Part shown: one piece after another, positions 1 to 9,277 of the stretch | Position numbering within the stretch: the stretch's first letter is position 1 | How the letters are laid out: every line of letters begins with the position of its first letter | Origin: Candidatus Aminicenantales bacterium | Lineage (GTDB): Bacteria > Acidobacteriota > Aminicenantia > Aminicenantales > Saccharicenantaceae | Length of the DNA stretch: 64,000 bases | Reading direction: 5' to 3' | Assembly: GCA_050015275.1 (NCBI GenBank) | Contig: JBEKBS010000010.1 | Span: 65,285 to 129,284 of the forward strand | The notes under the pieces: generated by a model | The model's input: only the letters and a program-made list of their open reading frames with translations | What the model was told of the DNA's origin: nothing | The model's database searches: none | Translations under genes and position numbers: made by a program

Positions 1-716
1 CTCTGGTCCGGCCTGGGATCCGGACCCGTGACCTGGACCTTTACGCGGAAAAGCGGACCCGCGAGCTCGGCGCCGTGCCGGCCTTCAAGGGGTACCGGGG
101 CTACCCGGCCTCGGTCTGCGTGTCGGTGAACGAGGAGATCATCCACGGCATCCCCTCGGGGCGTCTCCTCCAGGAGGGCGACATCGTCAGCCTGGATTTC
201 GGCGTCCTCTATGAGGGTTTTTACGGCGACTCGACCGTGACCGTCCCTGTCGGCCGGACGAGCGACGAGGCCGGCCGGCTCATCGAGTCGGCGAAGAAGG
301 CCTTTTTCAAGGGCTTTGAACAAGTGCGGGAGGGGAACCGGCTCTCCGACATCTCGGCCGCCGTCCAGCGGTCCGTCGAGGGGGACGGGTTCTCCGTCAT
401 CCGCCAGTTCGTCGGCCACGGCATCGGCCGGGCCCTCCACGAGGAGCCCCAGGTCCCGAACTTCGGGGCTCCCGGCCGGGGCCCGAAGCTCAAGCCCGGC
501 ATGACTCTGGCCATCGAGCCCATGATCGCCTTGGGGTCTTACGAGGTCGAGGTCCTGGAGGACGGCTGGACGGCCGTGACCCGGGACCGCAGCCTCTCGG
601 CCCATTACGAACATACCGTAGCCCTGACCGAGGACGGGCCGGAGATCCTGAGCGCGCGGGCACGGGACAGCGCGGCCGGGCGGTCCCCCTTTATGAAGGA
701 GAGTCCCCATGCCTAA
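1..716 (+). CDS. map: Methionine aminopeptidase type I, 5'-truncated by the window edge
   Basis: The frame is open from base 3. The translation carries the hallmark MetAP-I pita-bread fold, including the [11 protein letters not shown] metal ligand. A 4-nt overlap with infA follows. Confidence 0.9.
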   Translation, partial: LVRPGIRTRDLDLYAEKRTRELGAVPAFKGYRGYPASVCVSVNEEIIHGIPSGRLLQEGDIVSLDFGVLYEGFYGDSTVTVPVGRTSDEAGRLIESAKKAFFKGFEQVREGNRLSDISAAVQRSVEGDGFSVIRQFVGHGIGRALHEEPQVPNFGAPGRGPKLKPGMTLAIEPMIALGSYEVEVLEDGWTAVTRDRSLSAHYEHTVALTEDGPEILSARARDSAAGRSPFMKESPHA

Positions 717-927
717 GCAGGACATGTTCGAGGCCGAAGGCGTGGTCCTCGAGACCCTCCCGAACGCCATGTTCCGGGTCGAGCTCTCGAATAAGCACGT
801 CATCCTGGCCCACATCTCGGGGAAGATGCGGAAGCACTTCATCCGGATCCTCCCGGGCGACCGGGTCCTGGTGGAACTCTCTCCCTACGACCTGACCAAG
901 GGACGCATCACGTACAGATACAAATAA
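709..927 (+). CDS. infA: Translation initiation factor IF-1
   Basis: The 72-aa product ([26 protein letters not shown]...GRITYRYK) matches IF-1 (S1-like OB fold) in length and sequence. Confidence 0.95.
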   Translation: MPKQDMFEAEGVVLETLPNAMFRVELSNKHVILAHISGKMRKHFIRILPGDRVLVELSPYDLTKGRITYRYK

Positions 928-939
928 AAGGACAGGACG

Positions 940-1053
940 ATGAAAGTCAAAGCATCTGTGAAAAAGATCTGCCGGAACTGTAAGATCGTCCGGCGCAAGG
1001 GCATCGTGCGGGTCATCTGCACCAACCCGCGGCACAAACAAAGACAGGGATAG
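940..1053 (+). CDS. rpmJ: 50S ribosomal protein L36
   Basis: I translated this 37-aa ORF by hand ([37 protein letters not shown]). It has the CxxC...C zinc-ribbon pattern of L36 and the canonical infA-rpmJ-rpsM position. It is absent from the ORF track because it is under 60 aa. Confidence 0.9.
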   Translation: MKVKASVKKICRNCKIVRRKGIVRVICTNPRHKQRQG

Positions 1054-1065
1054 GACGAGGTCAAC

Positions 1066-1446
1066 ATGGCAAGAATCGCAGGCATCACGCTCCCGCCGGA
1101 AAAGAGGATCGAGATCGGACTGACCTACATCTTCGGCATCGGCCGCTCCAAATCGGGAAAGATCCTGGCCGAAGCCAAGATCGACAAGAACAAGAAGGTC
1201 AAGGCCCTGACCGAGGACGAGGTCGACAAGATCCGCCGGATCATCGAGAAGCGGGAAAAGATCGAGGGTGATCTCCGCAAGGAAATCACTATGAACATCA
1301 AGAGGCTCGTCGACATCGGCTGCTACCGGGGCCTCCGTCACAAGAAGAAACTCCCCACGAGGGGCCAGCGGACCAAGACGAACGCCCGGACCCGGAAAGG
1401 CGTCCGCGGCTCCAAGATCAAGAAACTCAAGGAAAAGAAAGCCTAA
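1066..1446 (+). CDS. rpsM: 30S ribosomal protein S13
   Basis: The N-terminus [28 protein letters not shown] is classic S13. Confidence 0.95.
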   Translation: MARIAGITLPPEKRIEIGLTYIFGIGRSKSGKILAEAKIDKNKKVKALTEDEVDKIRRIIEKREKIEGDLRKEITMNIKRLVDIGCYRGLRHKKKLPTRGQRTKTNARTRKGVRGSKIKKLKEKKA

Positions 1447-1461
1447 GGAGGGGACGCGCCC

Positions 1462-1848
1462 ATGCCCAAAGCCAAAACCAAGAAAAAGAAAGTCCGGAAA
1501 GAGATCGCGTACGGAGTGGCTCACATCCAGTCCACGTTCAATAATACGATCATCACCATCGCGGACCACCAGGGCGGGACCCTCTGCTGGGCCAGCGCCG
1601 GCACCTCGGGGTTCAAAGGGGCCCGGAAAGGCACCCCCTTCGCCGCCCAGCTGGCCGCCAAGGGCGTGGCCACGAAGGCCCGGGAGTTCGGCGTGCGTTA
1701 CGTTGACGTCCGGCTGACGGGGCCGGGCGCCGGCCGTGAATCCTCCATCCGCGCCCTCCAGGCGGCCGGGCTCGAGATCAAATCGATCAAGGACGTGACC
1801 CCCATCCCGCACAACGGCTGCCGGGTCCGCCGGAGACGGCGGGTCTGA
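1462..1848 (+). CDS. rpsK: 30S ribosomal protein S11
   Basis: The S11 core [20 protein letters not shown]...GFKGARK is present, with an upstream GGAGG ribosome-binding site. Confidence 0.95.
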   Translation: MPKAKTKKKKVRKEIAYGVAHIQSTFNNTIITIADHQGGTLCWASAGTSGFKGARKGTPFAAQLAAKGVATKAREFGVRYVDVRLTGPGAGRESSIRALQAAGLEIKSIKDVTPIPHNGCRVRRRRRV

Positions 1849-1866
1849 GGCCCGAAGGAGAGGACC

Positions 1867-2493
1867 ATGGCGAAATATCAAGGACCTGACTGCCGGCTGT
1901 GCCGGGTCGAAAAGAATAAGCTGTTCTTCAAAGGCAACAAGTGCCTGACGGACAAGTGCCCCCTCGAGCGGCGGCCCTACGCGCCCGGCCAGCACGGACG
2001 CAACAGGAAGCGCGTGCTCGGTTACGCGATCCAGCTCCGGGAGAAGCAGAAGCTCAAAAGGTACTACGGGATGTCGGAGGAGCAGTTCCGCTTCTTCTTC
2101 GAGCGGGCCGAGCGGCAGAAGGGCATCACCGGAGAGAACCTCCTGTCGATGCTCGAGCGGCGGCTCGACAACGCCATCTACGTGATGGGATTTTCCCTGT
2201 CCCGTGGCCACGCCCGCCAGCTCATCGCCCACGGGCATTTCCGCGTCAACGGCCGCCGGGTCAACATCCCCTCGGCGCTGGTCAAGGCCGGGGACGTCAT
2301 CGAATTCAAGGAGCGGACGGCCAAGAGCGAAGACATGCAGGCCGTCGTCGCCTCAAACAAGAGCAAGTCCGTTCCCGGATGGCTCGAAGTGGACAGGGAG
2401 CACCTGAAGGGAAGGGTCCTCGCCCTTCCGACCCGTCAGGATGTCACCCTCCCCGTGGAAGAGCATCTGGTGGTCGAACTTTACTCCAAATAA
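1867..2493 (+). CDS. rpsD: 30S ribosomal protein S4
   Basis: N-terminus MAKYQGPDCRLCRVEKNKLFFKGNKC, with an S4 domain at the C-terminus. Confidence 0.95.
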   Translation: MAKYQGPDCRLCRVEKNKLFFKGNKCLTDKCPLERRPYAPGQHGRNRKRVLGYAIQLREKQKLKRYYGMSEEQFRFFFERAERQKGITGENLLSMLERRLDNAIYVMGFSLSRGHARQLIAHGHFRVNGRRVNIPSALVKAGDVIEFKERTAKSEDMQAVVASNKSKSVPGWLEVDREHLKGRVLALPTRQDVTLPVEEHLVVELYSK

Positions 2494-2537
2494 TGTCCTG
2501 AGGGACCCCTACGAGGATATCCCCAGAAGGAGGACAC

Positions 2538-3569
2538 ATGACGGAAACGAATTTTCAGAGGCCAAAGTATTTGGAGTGCGATTTTGAGACGCTGACGGAG
2601 AAATACGGCCGGTTCCAGGCCCAGCCCTTCGAGCGAGGCTACGGCATCACGGTGGGAAACGCCCTGCGCCGGATCCTCCTTTCGTCGATCACCGGGGCCG
2701 CCATCACGGCCGTCCGGATTCACGGCGTGCTCCATGAATTCTCGACCATCCCCGGGGTCGTCGAGGACGTGACGGATATCATCCTCAACCTCAAGAGCAT
2801 CCCCCTCAAGCTCACGGGAGACGATCCGAAACGGATGACCCTCAAGAAGGCCGGGCCGAACCAGGCCAAGTCTTCGGACATCGCCCACGATTCCGACATC
2901 GAGATCCTCAACAGGGACGTCCCCATCGCGTCGCTCGATGCCGACGGGACGCTCGAGATCGAGATGATCGTCAAGAACGGCCGGGGCTATATCCCCGCTG
3001 ACCAGAATTTCGACGATGAGCTGAGCCTGGATTACATCCCCCTCGATTCCTCCCATTCTCCCGTCCTGAAAGTCAACTACAAGGTCGAGCCGGCCCGCGT
3101 CGGAAAGAGGATCGACTACGAGAGCCTGACCCTGGAGATCTGGACGACCGGCGCCATCCGTCCCATGGACGCCCTCTCCCAGGCGGCCAAGATCATGAGG
3201 GACCATCTCGGGATCTTCCTGAACGTCGTCGACGAGCCCTTGGAAAAGGAACAGGCCCCGACCAAGAAAGAGATTCCCTATCTCGGCCAGGCGGACGTGC
3301 TGGCCAAGACGATCGACCACTTGGAGCTTTCGGTCCGGTCCAATAACTGCCTTCGGGCGGCCGGCATCGAGAGGATCTACGAGCTCGTCCAGAAGACCGA
3401 AGAGGACCTCCTCAAGACGAAGAATTTCGGTCGCAAGTCGTTGGCCGAGATCAAGGAGACCCTGTCGAACCTGAACCTCGGACTGAACCTGGAGCTCCAC
3501 CCTAAGCTCATCGAGCGGATCCAGGTGGAGGTCAAGGAGACCAAGCCCGGGAAGGAAGTGGATGAATGA
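2538..3569 (+). CDS. rpoA: DNA-directed RNA polymerase subunit alpha
   Basis: 343 aa with N-terminal dimerisation and C-terminal alpha-CTD motifs ([20 protein letters not shown]). Confidence 0.95.
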   Translation: MTETNFQRPKYLECDFETLTEKYGRFQAQPFERGYGITVGNALRRILLSSITGAAITAVRIHGVLHEFSTIPGVVEDVTDIILNLKSIPLKLTGDDPKRMTLKKAGPNQAKSSDIAHDSDIEILNRDVPIASLDADGTLEIEMIVKNGRGYIPADQNFDDELSLDYIPLDSSHSPVLKVNYKVEPARVGKRIDYESLTLEIWTTGAIRPMDALSQAAKIMRDHLGIFLNVVDEPLEKEQAPTKKEIPYLGQADVLAKTIDHLELSVRSNNCLRAAGIERIYELVQKTEEDLLKTKNFGRKSLAEIKETLSNLNLGLNLELHPKLIERIQVEVKETKPGKEVDE

Positions 3570-3976
3570 GGCACCAAGTCAAGAAAGGATACCTGCGGAG
3601 AAACTCGGCCCACCGGCGGGCCCTCCTGCGCAACCTCGTGACATCGTTCCTCGAGCGGGAACGGATCACGACCACGTTGGGCAAGGCCCGGGTCGCGCGG
3701 CCGCTGGCCGAGAAGATGATCACCCTGGGCAAGAGGGGAACCCTTCACGCCCGTCGTCAGGCCCTCGCCTATATGACGAAGGAATCCGCCGTGAAAAAGC
3801 TTTTCGACGAGATCGCCCCGCGTTTCTCTGAGAGGCCCGGCGGATACACCCGGATCGTCAAGCTCGACCGGAGGATGGGGGACGGCTCGGTGATGGCCAT
3901 GCTCGAGCTCGTCGGCACGGAATACAAAAAAAAGGCCAAGAAGAAGAAAGAGGCCAAGAAGTCGGCTGGAAAGTAG
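3566..3976 (+). CDS. rplQ: 50S ribosomal protein L17
   Basis: N-terminus [24 protein letters not shown], with a 4-nt overlap with rpoA. Confidence 0.95.
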   Translation: MRHQVKKGYLRRNSAHRRALLRNLVTSFLERERITTTLGKARVARPLAEKMITLGKRGTLHARRQALAYMTKESAVKKLFDEIAPRFSERPGGYTRIVKLDRRMGDGSVMAMLELVGTEYKKKAKKKKEAKKSAGK

Positions 3977-4001
3977 TCCGTTCAAAAGTCATTGTCAAAA
4001 A

Positions 4002-4030
4002 GGCCCGGCTACGGCGGGGCCTTTTTTTTA
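4002..4030 (+). terminator. Rho-independent terminator of the alpha operon
   Basis: GC hairpin GGCCCGGC-tacg-GCGGGGCC followed by an 8-T run, 26 nt after the rplQ stop. Confidence 0.8.
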
Positions 4031-4140
4031 TCCTCCGGACAGGTATATCTCCTTTCAGAAGGCCGCACATTTATTCCTGGGGGGGAGTTCCATAGCCTAT
4101 GTTCGATGCGGATGTCCGCTCAGTTCTAAGTTCCGAGGAT

Positions 4141-4319
4141 CGTTTCAGATATTTACCAGAATTGCAGCTCCGAGCCTGTTTGCTTAGCGACGGAATCGCC
4201 GGGCAGCAAGAGCGAAGACTCGCTTCAGATCTTTCCTAAAAGTGCGGCTTCGAGCCGCTCCGCCGCACTTTTATTGGTCGCTCCGAAGACTCCGCTCCCT
4301 GCCGCTCCCTGCCGGAGGG
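4141..4319. repeat. Intergenic repeat element, copy A; contains the bidirectional hairpin terminator at 4238-4275
   Basis: Its reverse complement aligns with 22024-22114 over about 90 nt (ccctccggcagggagcgg ... gaagtgcggcggagcggctcgaagccgcactt ... aattctggtaaatatctgaaacg). The perfect 11-bp stem aaaagtgcggc/gccgcactttt is flanked by A and T runs, so it reads as a terminator on both strands. Confidence 0.7.
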
Positions 4320-4320
4320 C

Positions 4321-5232
4321 CTATCTTTTTGCCCTGCGCGCTCCCTGATAGATCCGCTGCCAGTAAGCGTCCTTGAGGTTCGAAACCTGGACGACCGGCT
4401 TTTCGTGGACCGTCGCGCTGATGAACTGCTCGCGGTTGATCATCATCCCGACGTGGCCGATCTTGTTTTTCGCGCTGCCGAAAAAGACGAGATCTCCGGC
4501 CGTCTCGTCCCCGGCCATGACCGCGAGAAGGCCGCTCCCCTTGAACTGGATGTCCGCGTCCCGGAGGATGGGGATGCCGCTCATTTTGTAGATGAGCTGG
4601 ACGAAACCGGAGCAGTCAAGGCCGAACGGGGATGTCCCCCCCCAGAGGTAGGGGAGTCCGATGAAGCGCTCGGACAAGGCGACCATCTCTTCGGGGGTCC
4701 GGCGTGGCCAGACCATCGGCCCCTCGTGGAAAGCCCCGTCGCCTTTCTGGATCCAGGCCTTGGTCCCGCAGGGGAGCACGATCTCCGCCCAGCGCTCGTC
4801 CTTTTCCCGGACGATCTCGAGGACGGAGCTGATCGGGGCCACCTTGACGGGCTTGTGCTTGGTGGTGTCGGGCTCGCGATAGATATTGGCCAGGAGGTCC
4901 GTGACCTCGAAGATCCTGCCCTGCGATGCATAGGACTTGTCCCCCGGTTTCAGGACCCTGAGGGAGGGCCCGAAGATCCAGCCCTTGTAGGTGTCGGGCG
5001 TCTCGACGTCATACCAGACCTCCCCGTCTGAGTTCTTCTCTGTAGCGAGGACAATGACGTTCGTGCCGAGGAGGGCCTGGCTGACGACGTCGGACGTCGA
5101 GGTCGACCGGCTGTGCATGTCCTCGGCCGGATTGATGACCACGGCCGCAAGGGGCGGGGACGATCTTTCCCCCGGCGCGAGGGTGAGCAAGGGAGCGGCG
5201 ACGATAAGAAAAAGCACGGCGAATCTGGGCAT
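4321..5232 (-). CDS. NlpC/P60 (C40) cell-wall peptidase with N-terminal SH3b-like domains, secreted (YkfC-like gamma-D-Glu-L-diamino acid endopeptidase)
   Basis: The catalytic GLDCSGFVQLIY...H motif sits in the C-terminal half. The signal peptide MPRFAVLFLIVAAPLLTLAPG makes the start at 5232 likely rather than 5298. Confidence 0.8.
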   Translation of the reverse strand: MPRFAVLFLIVAAPLLTLAPGERSSPPLAAVVINPAEDMHSRSTSTSDVVSQALLGTNVIVLATEKNSDGEVWYDVETPDTYKGWIFGPSLRVLKPGDKSYASQGRIFEVTDLLANIYREPDTTKHKPVKVAPISSVLEIVREKDERWAEIVLPCGTKAWIQKGDGAFHEGPMVWPRRTPEEMVALSERFIGLPYLWGGTSPFGLDCSGFVQLIYKMSGIPILRDADIQFKGSGLLAVMAGDETAGDLVFFGSAKNKIGHVGMMINREQFISATVHEKPVVQVSNLKDAYWQRIYQGARRAKR

Positions 5233-5366
5233 GGCCTGATCTCCTGAAGGTCCATTATAGCCCTGAACGCGGCTGGCGAAAAGCCGTGACCTCATCATCG
5301 CTCCCGCGAATCAGCTGGATATTTTCAGGGGCCTTTTCATATAATGGCCGGCGAGAGGAGTCGGCC

Positions 5367-6491
5367 ATGAAAAGAAAGGATTTCCTGAAATTGTCGGGAG
5401 CGGCCGCGGCCGGCGCGCTCGTTTCGGTCCCATCCGCGCTCGGCCAAGCCCTCAAGGATGGAAGGGGAAAGACACGGGTCTCAGTCAAGCTTATCGACCT
5501 CAAGCTCCGGCACGCCTGGGGACTCTCGCGCGGGACCTGGACGACACGGCGCAACGCCTTCCTCAAGATCGAGCGCGACGGGACCGTGGGGATGGGGGAG
5601 GCGGCTCCGATCGCCCGCTATGAAGAGACCGCGGAGGGCGCCGCCGCCTTCATCGAAAAGGCCCGGCCCGTCCTGGAGGGGGACCTCCGCGAATACGCCG
5701 TCCGCTGGAACGAGCTCGAGACCCTGACCCCGGGCGAGCACGCGGCCAAGGCCGCCATCGACATGGCCCTCCTGGACTGGACGGGCAAAAAGCTCGGCGT
5801 TCCGCTTTGGAGACTCCTCGGGCTCGGCCGCGACAAGGCCCTGACGACGACCTATTCCATCGGCATCGACGAGGTGCCGGCCATGCAGCAGAAGGTCCGC
5901 GAGGCCGCGGACTTCGGCGTTTACAAGATCAAGGTCGGAACCAAGGACGACCGGAAGATCATCGAGGGGATCCGGGCCGTCACTGGCAAGCCCCTCCGTG
6001 TGGACGCCAATGAGGGCTGGAAATCGAAGGAGGAGGCCCTGGAGATGATCGACTGGATGGCGGGCCGGGGCGTCGAGCTCGTCGAACAGCCCATGCCCGC
6101 CGCCATGCTCAAGGACTATGCCTGGCTCAAGGAGAGGGCGAAGCTCCCGATCTTCGCCGACGAGAGCCTGATGAAGGCCTCGGATATCCCGAAGATCACG
6201 CCGTACTTCCACGGCCTCAACATCAAGCTCATGAAGTGCGGGGGTGTCCAGGAGGCCGTTCGGATGGCCGCGATGGCCCGGGCGCTCGGCCTGAAGCTCA
6301 TGGTCGGTTGCATGATCGAGACCTCCCTCGGCATTTCGGCGGCCGCGGCCGTCATGCCGCTTTTCGACTACGCCGACCTTGACGGGAACCTGCTCATCGC
6401 GAACGACCCCTTCCAGGGAGTCCAGACCGTCAAGGACCGTCTTGTCCTCAACGTTCGGCCCGGGCTGGGAGTGACCGGCGACGTCTGGTAG
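5367..6491 (+). CDS. Enolase-superfamily dipeptide epimerase (L-Ala-D/L-Glu epimerase, YkfB/YcjG-like) with an N-terminal export signal
   Basis: The muconate-lactonising-enzyme fold motifs KIKVG...RVDANEGW...DES are present. The N-terminus MKRKDFLKLSGAAAAGALVSVPSALGQA is Tat-like, with a GAGAGGAG ribosome-binding site 7 nt upstream of the ATG at 5367. Confidence 0.75.
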   Translation: MKRKDFLKLSGAAAAGALVSVPSALGQALKDGRGKTRVSVKLIDLKLRHAWGLSRGTWTTRRNAFLKIERDGTVGMGEAAPIARYEETAEGAAAFIEKARPVLEGDLREYAVRWNELETLTPGEHAAKAAIDMALLDWTGKKLGVPLWRLLGLGRDKALTTTYSIGIDEVPAMQQKVREAADFGVYKIKVGTKDDRKIIEGIRAVTGKPLRVDANEGWKSKEEALEMIDWMAGRGVELVEQPMPAAMLKDYAWLKERAKLPIFADESLMKASDIPKITPYFHGLNIKLMKCGGVQEAVRMAAMARALGLKLMVGCMIETSLGISAAAAVMPLFDYADLDGNLLIANDPFQGVQTVKDRLVLNVRPGLGVTGDVW

Positions 6492-6594
6492 AAGCCCACG
6501 ACCCACGTCCATGAGGCGATGGCCTACGGGCGGCGAGGCCGCGCGGAACTTCCCGTTGATATGAGCTGACACGGAAAGGAAAAGACGCCAGGGC

Positions 6595-8262
6595 CTACGA
6601 TCGCCCGACCTGGATCTTGAGCTTCCGGCCGACCGTGAGCTCGTCCGACGTCAAGCTATTGTCGGCCTTGATCTTCTCGACCGTCGTCCCAAACATCTTG
6701 GAGATCGTGAAGAGGGTGTCCCCGGCCTTGACCACGTAGATCACCTTTTCCCCCGGCTTGGCGGCCGGCGAAGATACGGCTGGAGAGGGATTCGAAGGCT
6801 GGCCGCTGACGGGGATCCGGAGGACCTGGCCTTCGCGGATGATCGTGCTGCTCTTCAGTCCGTTGAGCCGCATCAGGATGTCCACGGACGTCCGGAATTT
6901 GCGGGCGATGGCCCCGAGCGAATCCCCCCTGAGGACTCGATAACGGTCCGTGATGACATCGGGCGGGACGTATTGAGGAAGGGTTGCGACACAGCTCAGG
7001 CATTTCTCCCCGTAGCCATCGGGGACGCGGAGATCGTATTCGTAGTTGGGCGTCGAGTCAAACCGGAGCTCGGGATTGAGGACGGTCAGGAGGAGCGGGT
7101 CGAGCCCCAGGCTCTGGGCCAGTCCGGCCAGCTTGACGGGAGTGTTGACCCGGACGGTCTCGAACTTCAGGGGCGGGTCGGGCGCCGGCAGCTCGAAGCC
7201 GTACTTGGCCGGGTTGGAGATGATCATCAGGGCCGCGATGAACCGGGGCACGTAGCGGGCCGTTTGCCAGGGCAGGCTGTTGAAGAGGTCCCAGAAGTTG
7301 TCGAGATAGTCGATCCTCTGGGCCTGGATGACCCTCTGGACATAGCCCTCGCCGCAATTATAGGCCGCCAGGGCCGTCGTCCAGTCCCCGAACATCGCGT
7401 GGAGGTCGCCCAGATATTGGACAGCCGCTCGGGTGGCTTTCACGGGGTCCATCCGTTCGTCGACGTACTTGTCCCGCTTGAGGCCGTACCGATAGCCTGT
7501 TGAAGAGATGAACTGCCACATCCCCAGGGCGCGGGCGGTGGACAGGGCCCGGACCATGAACCAGCTCTCGATCATCGGGACCCAGGCGAGCTGTTCGGGG
7601 AGCGCCGCTCCGCGAAGCTCGTCGGTGATCATGTCCTTGTACAGCCCGGACCGCTTATAGGCGCCCAGGAACCAGGCCTTTTCGCCGGTCTGGAAACTCG
7701 AGATTTCCTTCTCGACCCACTGGTTCTCGACGAGGGGGATGGAGTTGTTGACCGAGGAGACGGTCCTCATCCTGGGAGCGTTCATCTGCTGGCTCGAGGC
7801 GTAGACCTGCTGGATCCTCTGGGCGATCAGGATCCGGAGGCCGTTTTTTTCCCGGAGAAGGGGGGAGTCTTGGGCAAGCTTGATTTTGGGGAGGGTCTCG
7901 TAGGCTTCGTCGAGCTTGGCCAGAGCGGTGTCCATGTCCTTCCGGTCGATGGCGCCCAGGGCCTCCTGATAGGCGGCGAACCCTTCCTCAAGAAGGGCCG
8001 AGGCCTCCTTGTCCGTGTCGCCGTTCTTCTCGGCCTGGGCCTCGCCGTTGATATCCGTCTTCTCCAGAACGGGAAGCTCGTTCGGTTTGGCCGGCTTGCC
8101 GGTCTCCCGGCCCGTAGGGGTAATGGGGACTGCCTTCCCGGCCGGTTGGGCCGGCGTTCCGGGGGTCGTTTTGACGGGTTTGGGGTGCGATGCACAGCCG
8201 GAGAGAGAGAACGCCAGGGCAACGGACACGAGGCAACTGATAACCATAATCCGGATCTTCAT
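6595..8262 (-). CDS. mltD: Membrane-bound lytic murein transglycosylase D-like lipoprotein with two C-terminal LysM domains
   Basis: The SLT catalytic region (LSTARALGMWQFISSTGYRYGL...AYNCGEGYV) is present, along with two LysM repeats. The lipoprotein signal is MKIRIMVISCLVSVALAFSLSGC, and the 64 codons upstream have proline/arginine-rich GC-artefact composition. Confidence 0.8.
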   Translation of the reverse strand: MKIRIMVISCLVSVALAFSLSGCASHPKPVKTTPGTPAQPAGKAVPITPTGRETGKPAKPNELPVLEKTDINGEAQAEKNGDTDKEASALLEEGFAAYQEALGAIDRKDMDTALAKLDEAYETLPKIKLAQDSPLLREKNGLRILIAQRIQQVYASSQQMNAPRMRTVSSVNNSIPLVENQWVEKEISSFQTGEKAWFLGAYKRSGLYKDMITDELRGAALPEQLAWVPMIESWFMVRALSTARALGMWQFISSTGYRYGLKRDKYVDERMDPVKATRAAVQYLGDLHAMFGDWTTALAAYNCGEGYVQRVIQAQRIDYLDNFWDLFNSLPWQTARYVPRFIAALMIISNPAKYGFELPAPDPPLKFETVRVNTPVKLAGLAQSLGLDPLLLTVLNPELRFDSTPNYEYDLRVPDGYGEKCLSCVATLPQYVPPDVITDRYRVLRGDSLGAIARKFRTSVDILMRLNGLKSSTIIREGQVLRIPVSGQPSNPSPAVSSPAAKPGEKVIYVVKAGDTLFTISKMFGTTVEKIKADNSLTSDELTVGRKLKIQVGRS

Positions 8263-8299
8263 TTTTAGCCCATAGTTATAGCATGAGGGAAGAACGGCG

Positions 8300-9277
8300 T
8301 CAACCCGCCATTCCCGAGCTGTGCCATTTCCAGGCGGTCTCGATGATCGTCTCGAGCGACGAAAGCGCGGGCCTCCAGCCGAGAGCCTGCTCCGCTCTCT
8401 CGTTGGAGGCGAGGAGGACGGCCACGTCGCCCTCCCGCCGCGGCCGGACGTCATAGGGGATCTTCCGACCCGTCACCTCTTCGGCTTTCCGGATGACCTC
8501 CAGGACGGAAAAGCCGACATTGGTCCCGAGGTTGAAGCTGTCGCTCGGCCGGCCCGAAAGGAGGGCCTTCAGGGCCAGGACGTGGGCCGCGGCCAGGTCG
8601 GCGACGTGGATGTAATCCCTGACGGCCGTCCCGTCCGGCGTCGGAAAATCGTCCCCGAAAATGCCGAGCCGCGGTCCCTTTCCGAGGAGACTGAGGAGGA
8701 TGTTCGGGATGAGGTGCGTCTCGGGGTGGTGCGTTTCTCCCGTTTCCCCGTCCGGGTCGGCGCCGGCGGCGTTGAAATACCGGAGGGAAATGGACCTCAG
8801 GCCGTAGGCCCGGTCATAGTCCCGGAGGATCCTTTCGACCATGAGCTTGGTCTGGCCGTAGGGGTTGGCCGGATTGAGCGGATGGGTCTCGGGGATGGGC
8901 GTCTCCTCCGGGACGCCGTAGATGGCCGCGCTCGAGGAGAAGATGAGGTTGGCCACGCCGGCCTCGAGCATGGCATCGAGGAGGTTGAGACTGGTCTGGA
9001 GGTTATGGGTGTAGTATTTCCGAGGGTCGGCGTAGGACTCACCGACCTGGATGAGGGAGGCGAAATGGAGGACGGCCGCGATGGACCTCGTCCGGAACGC
9101 CTCCCGAACGGCAGGCTTGTCCATCAGGTCGCCCTGGACGTACGGCGTCGTCCGGATGAGATCCTTCTTGCCTGAGGAGAAATTATCGAAGACGAGAACG
9201 TCGAACCCGTTTCTTCGGAGTTCCTTGACCGTATGCGACCCGATGTAGCCGGCGCCCCCGGTGACAAGGATGGTCAT
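8300..9277 (-). CDS. galE: UDP-glucose 4-epimerase
   Basis: The N-terminus TGGAGYIGSH is a Rossmann motif, and the YxxxK active site and overall GalE length are present. Confidence 0.9.
   Translation of the reverse strand: MTILVTGGAGYIGSHTVKELRRNGFDVLVFDNFSSGKKDLIRTTPYVQGDLMDKPAVREAFRTRSIAAVLHFASLIQVGESYADPRKYYTHNLQTSLNLLDAMLEAGVANLIFSSSAAIYGVPEETPIPETHPLNPANPYGQTKLMVERILRDYDRAYGLRSISLRYFNAAGADPDGETGETHHPETHLIPNILLSLLGKGPRLGIFGDDFPTPDGTAVRDYIHVADLAAAHVLALKALLSGRPSDSFNLGTNVGFSVLEVIRKAEEVTGRKIPYDVRPRREGDVAVLLASNERAEQALGWRPALSSLETIIETAWKWHSSGMAG

Noticed and set aside
691-2238. 515-aa ORF on the minus strand spanning infA through rpsD
   Set aside because: It is antisense to five unmistakable ribosomal and translation genes. 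It has the Arg/Pro/Gly/Ala-rich, low-complexity composition typical of stop-codon-poor reverse frames in high-GC DNA, and no motifs.
4085-4110. tRNA-like T-loop resemblance (GTTCGATGCGG)
   Set aside because: No acceptor-stem or anticodon-arm pairing can be drawn around it. The same 10-mer recurs at 54505 inside a 5' UTR, so it is more likely a chance or promoter-proximal motif.
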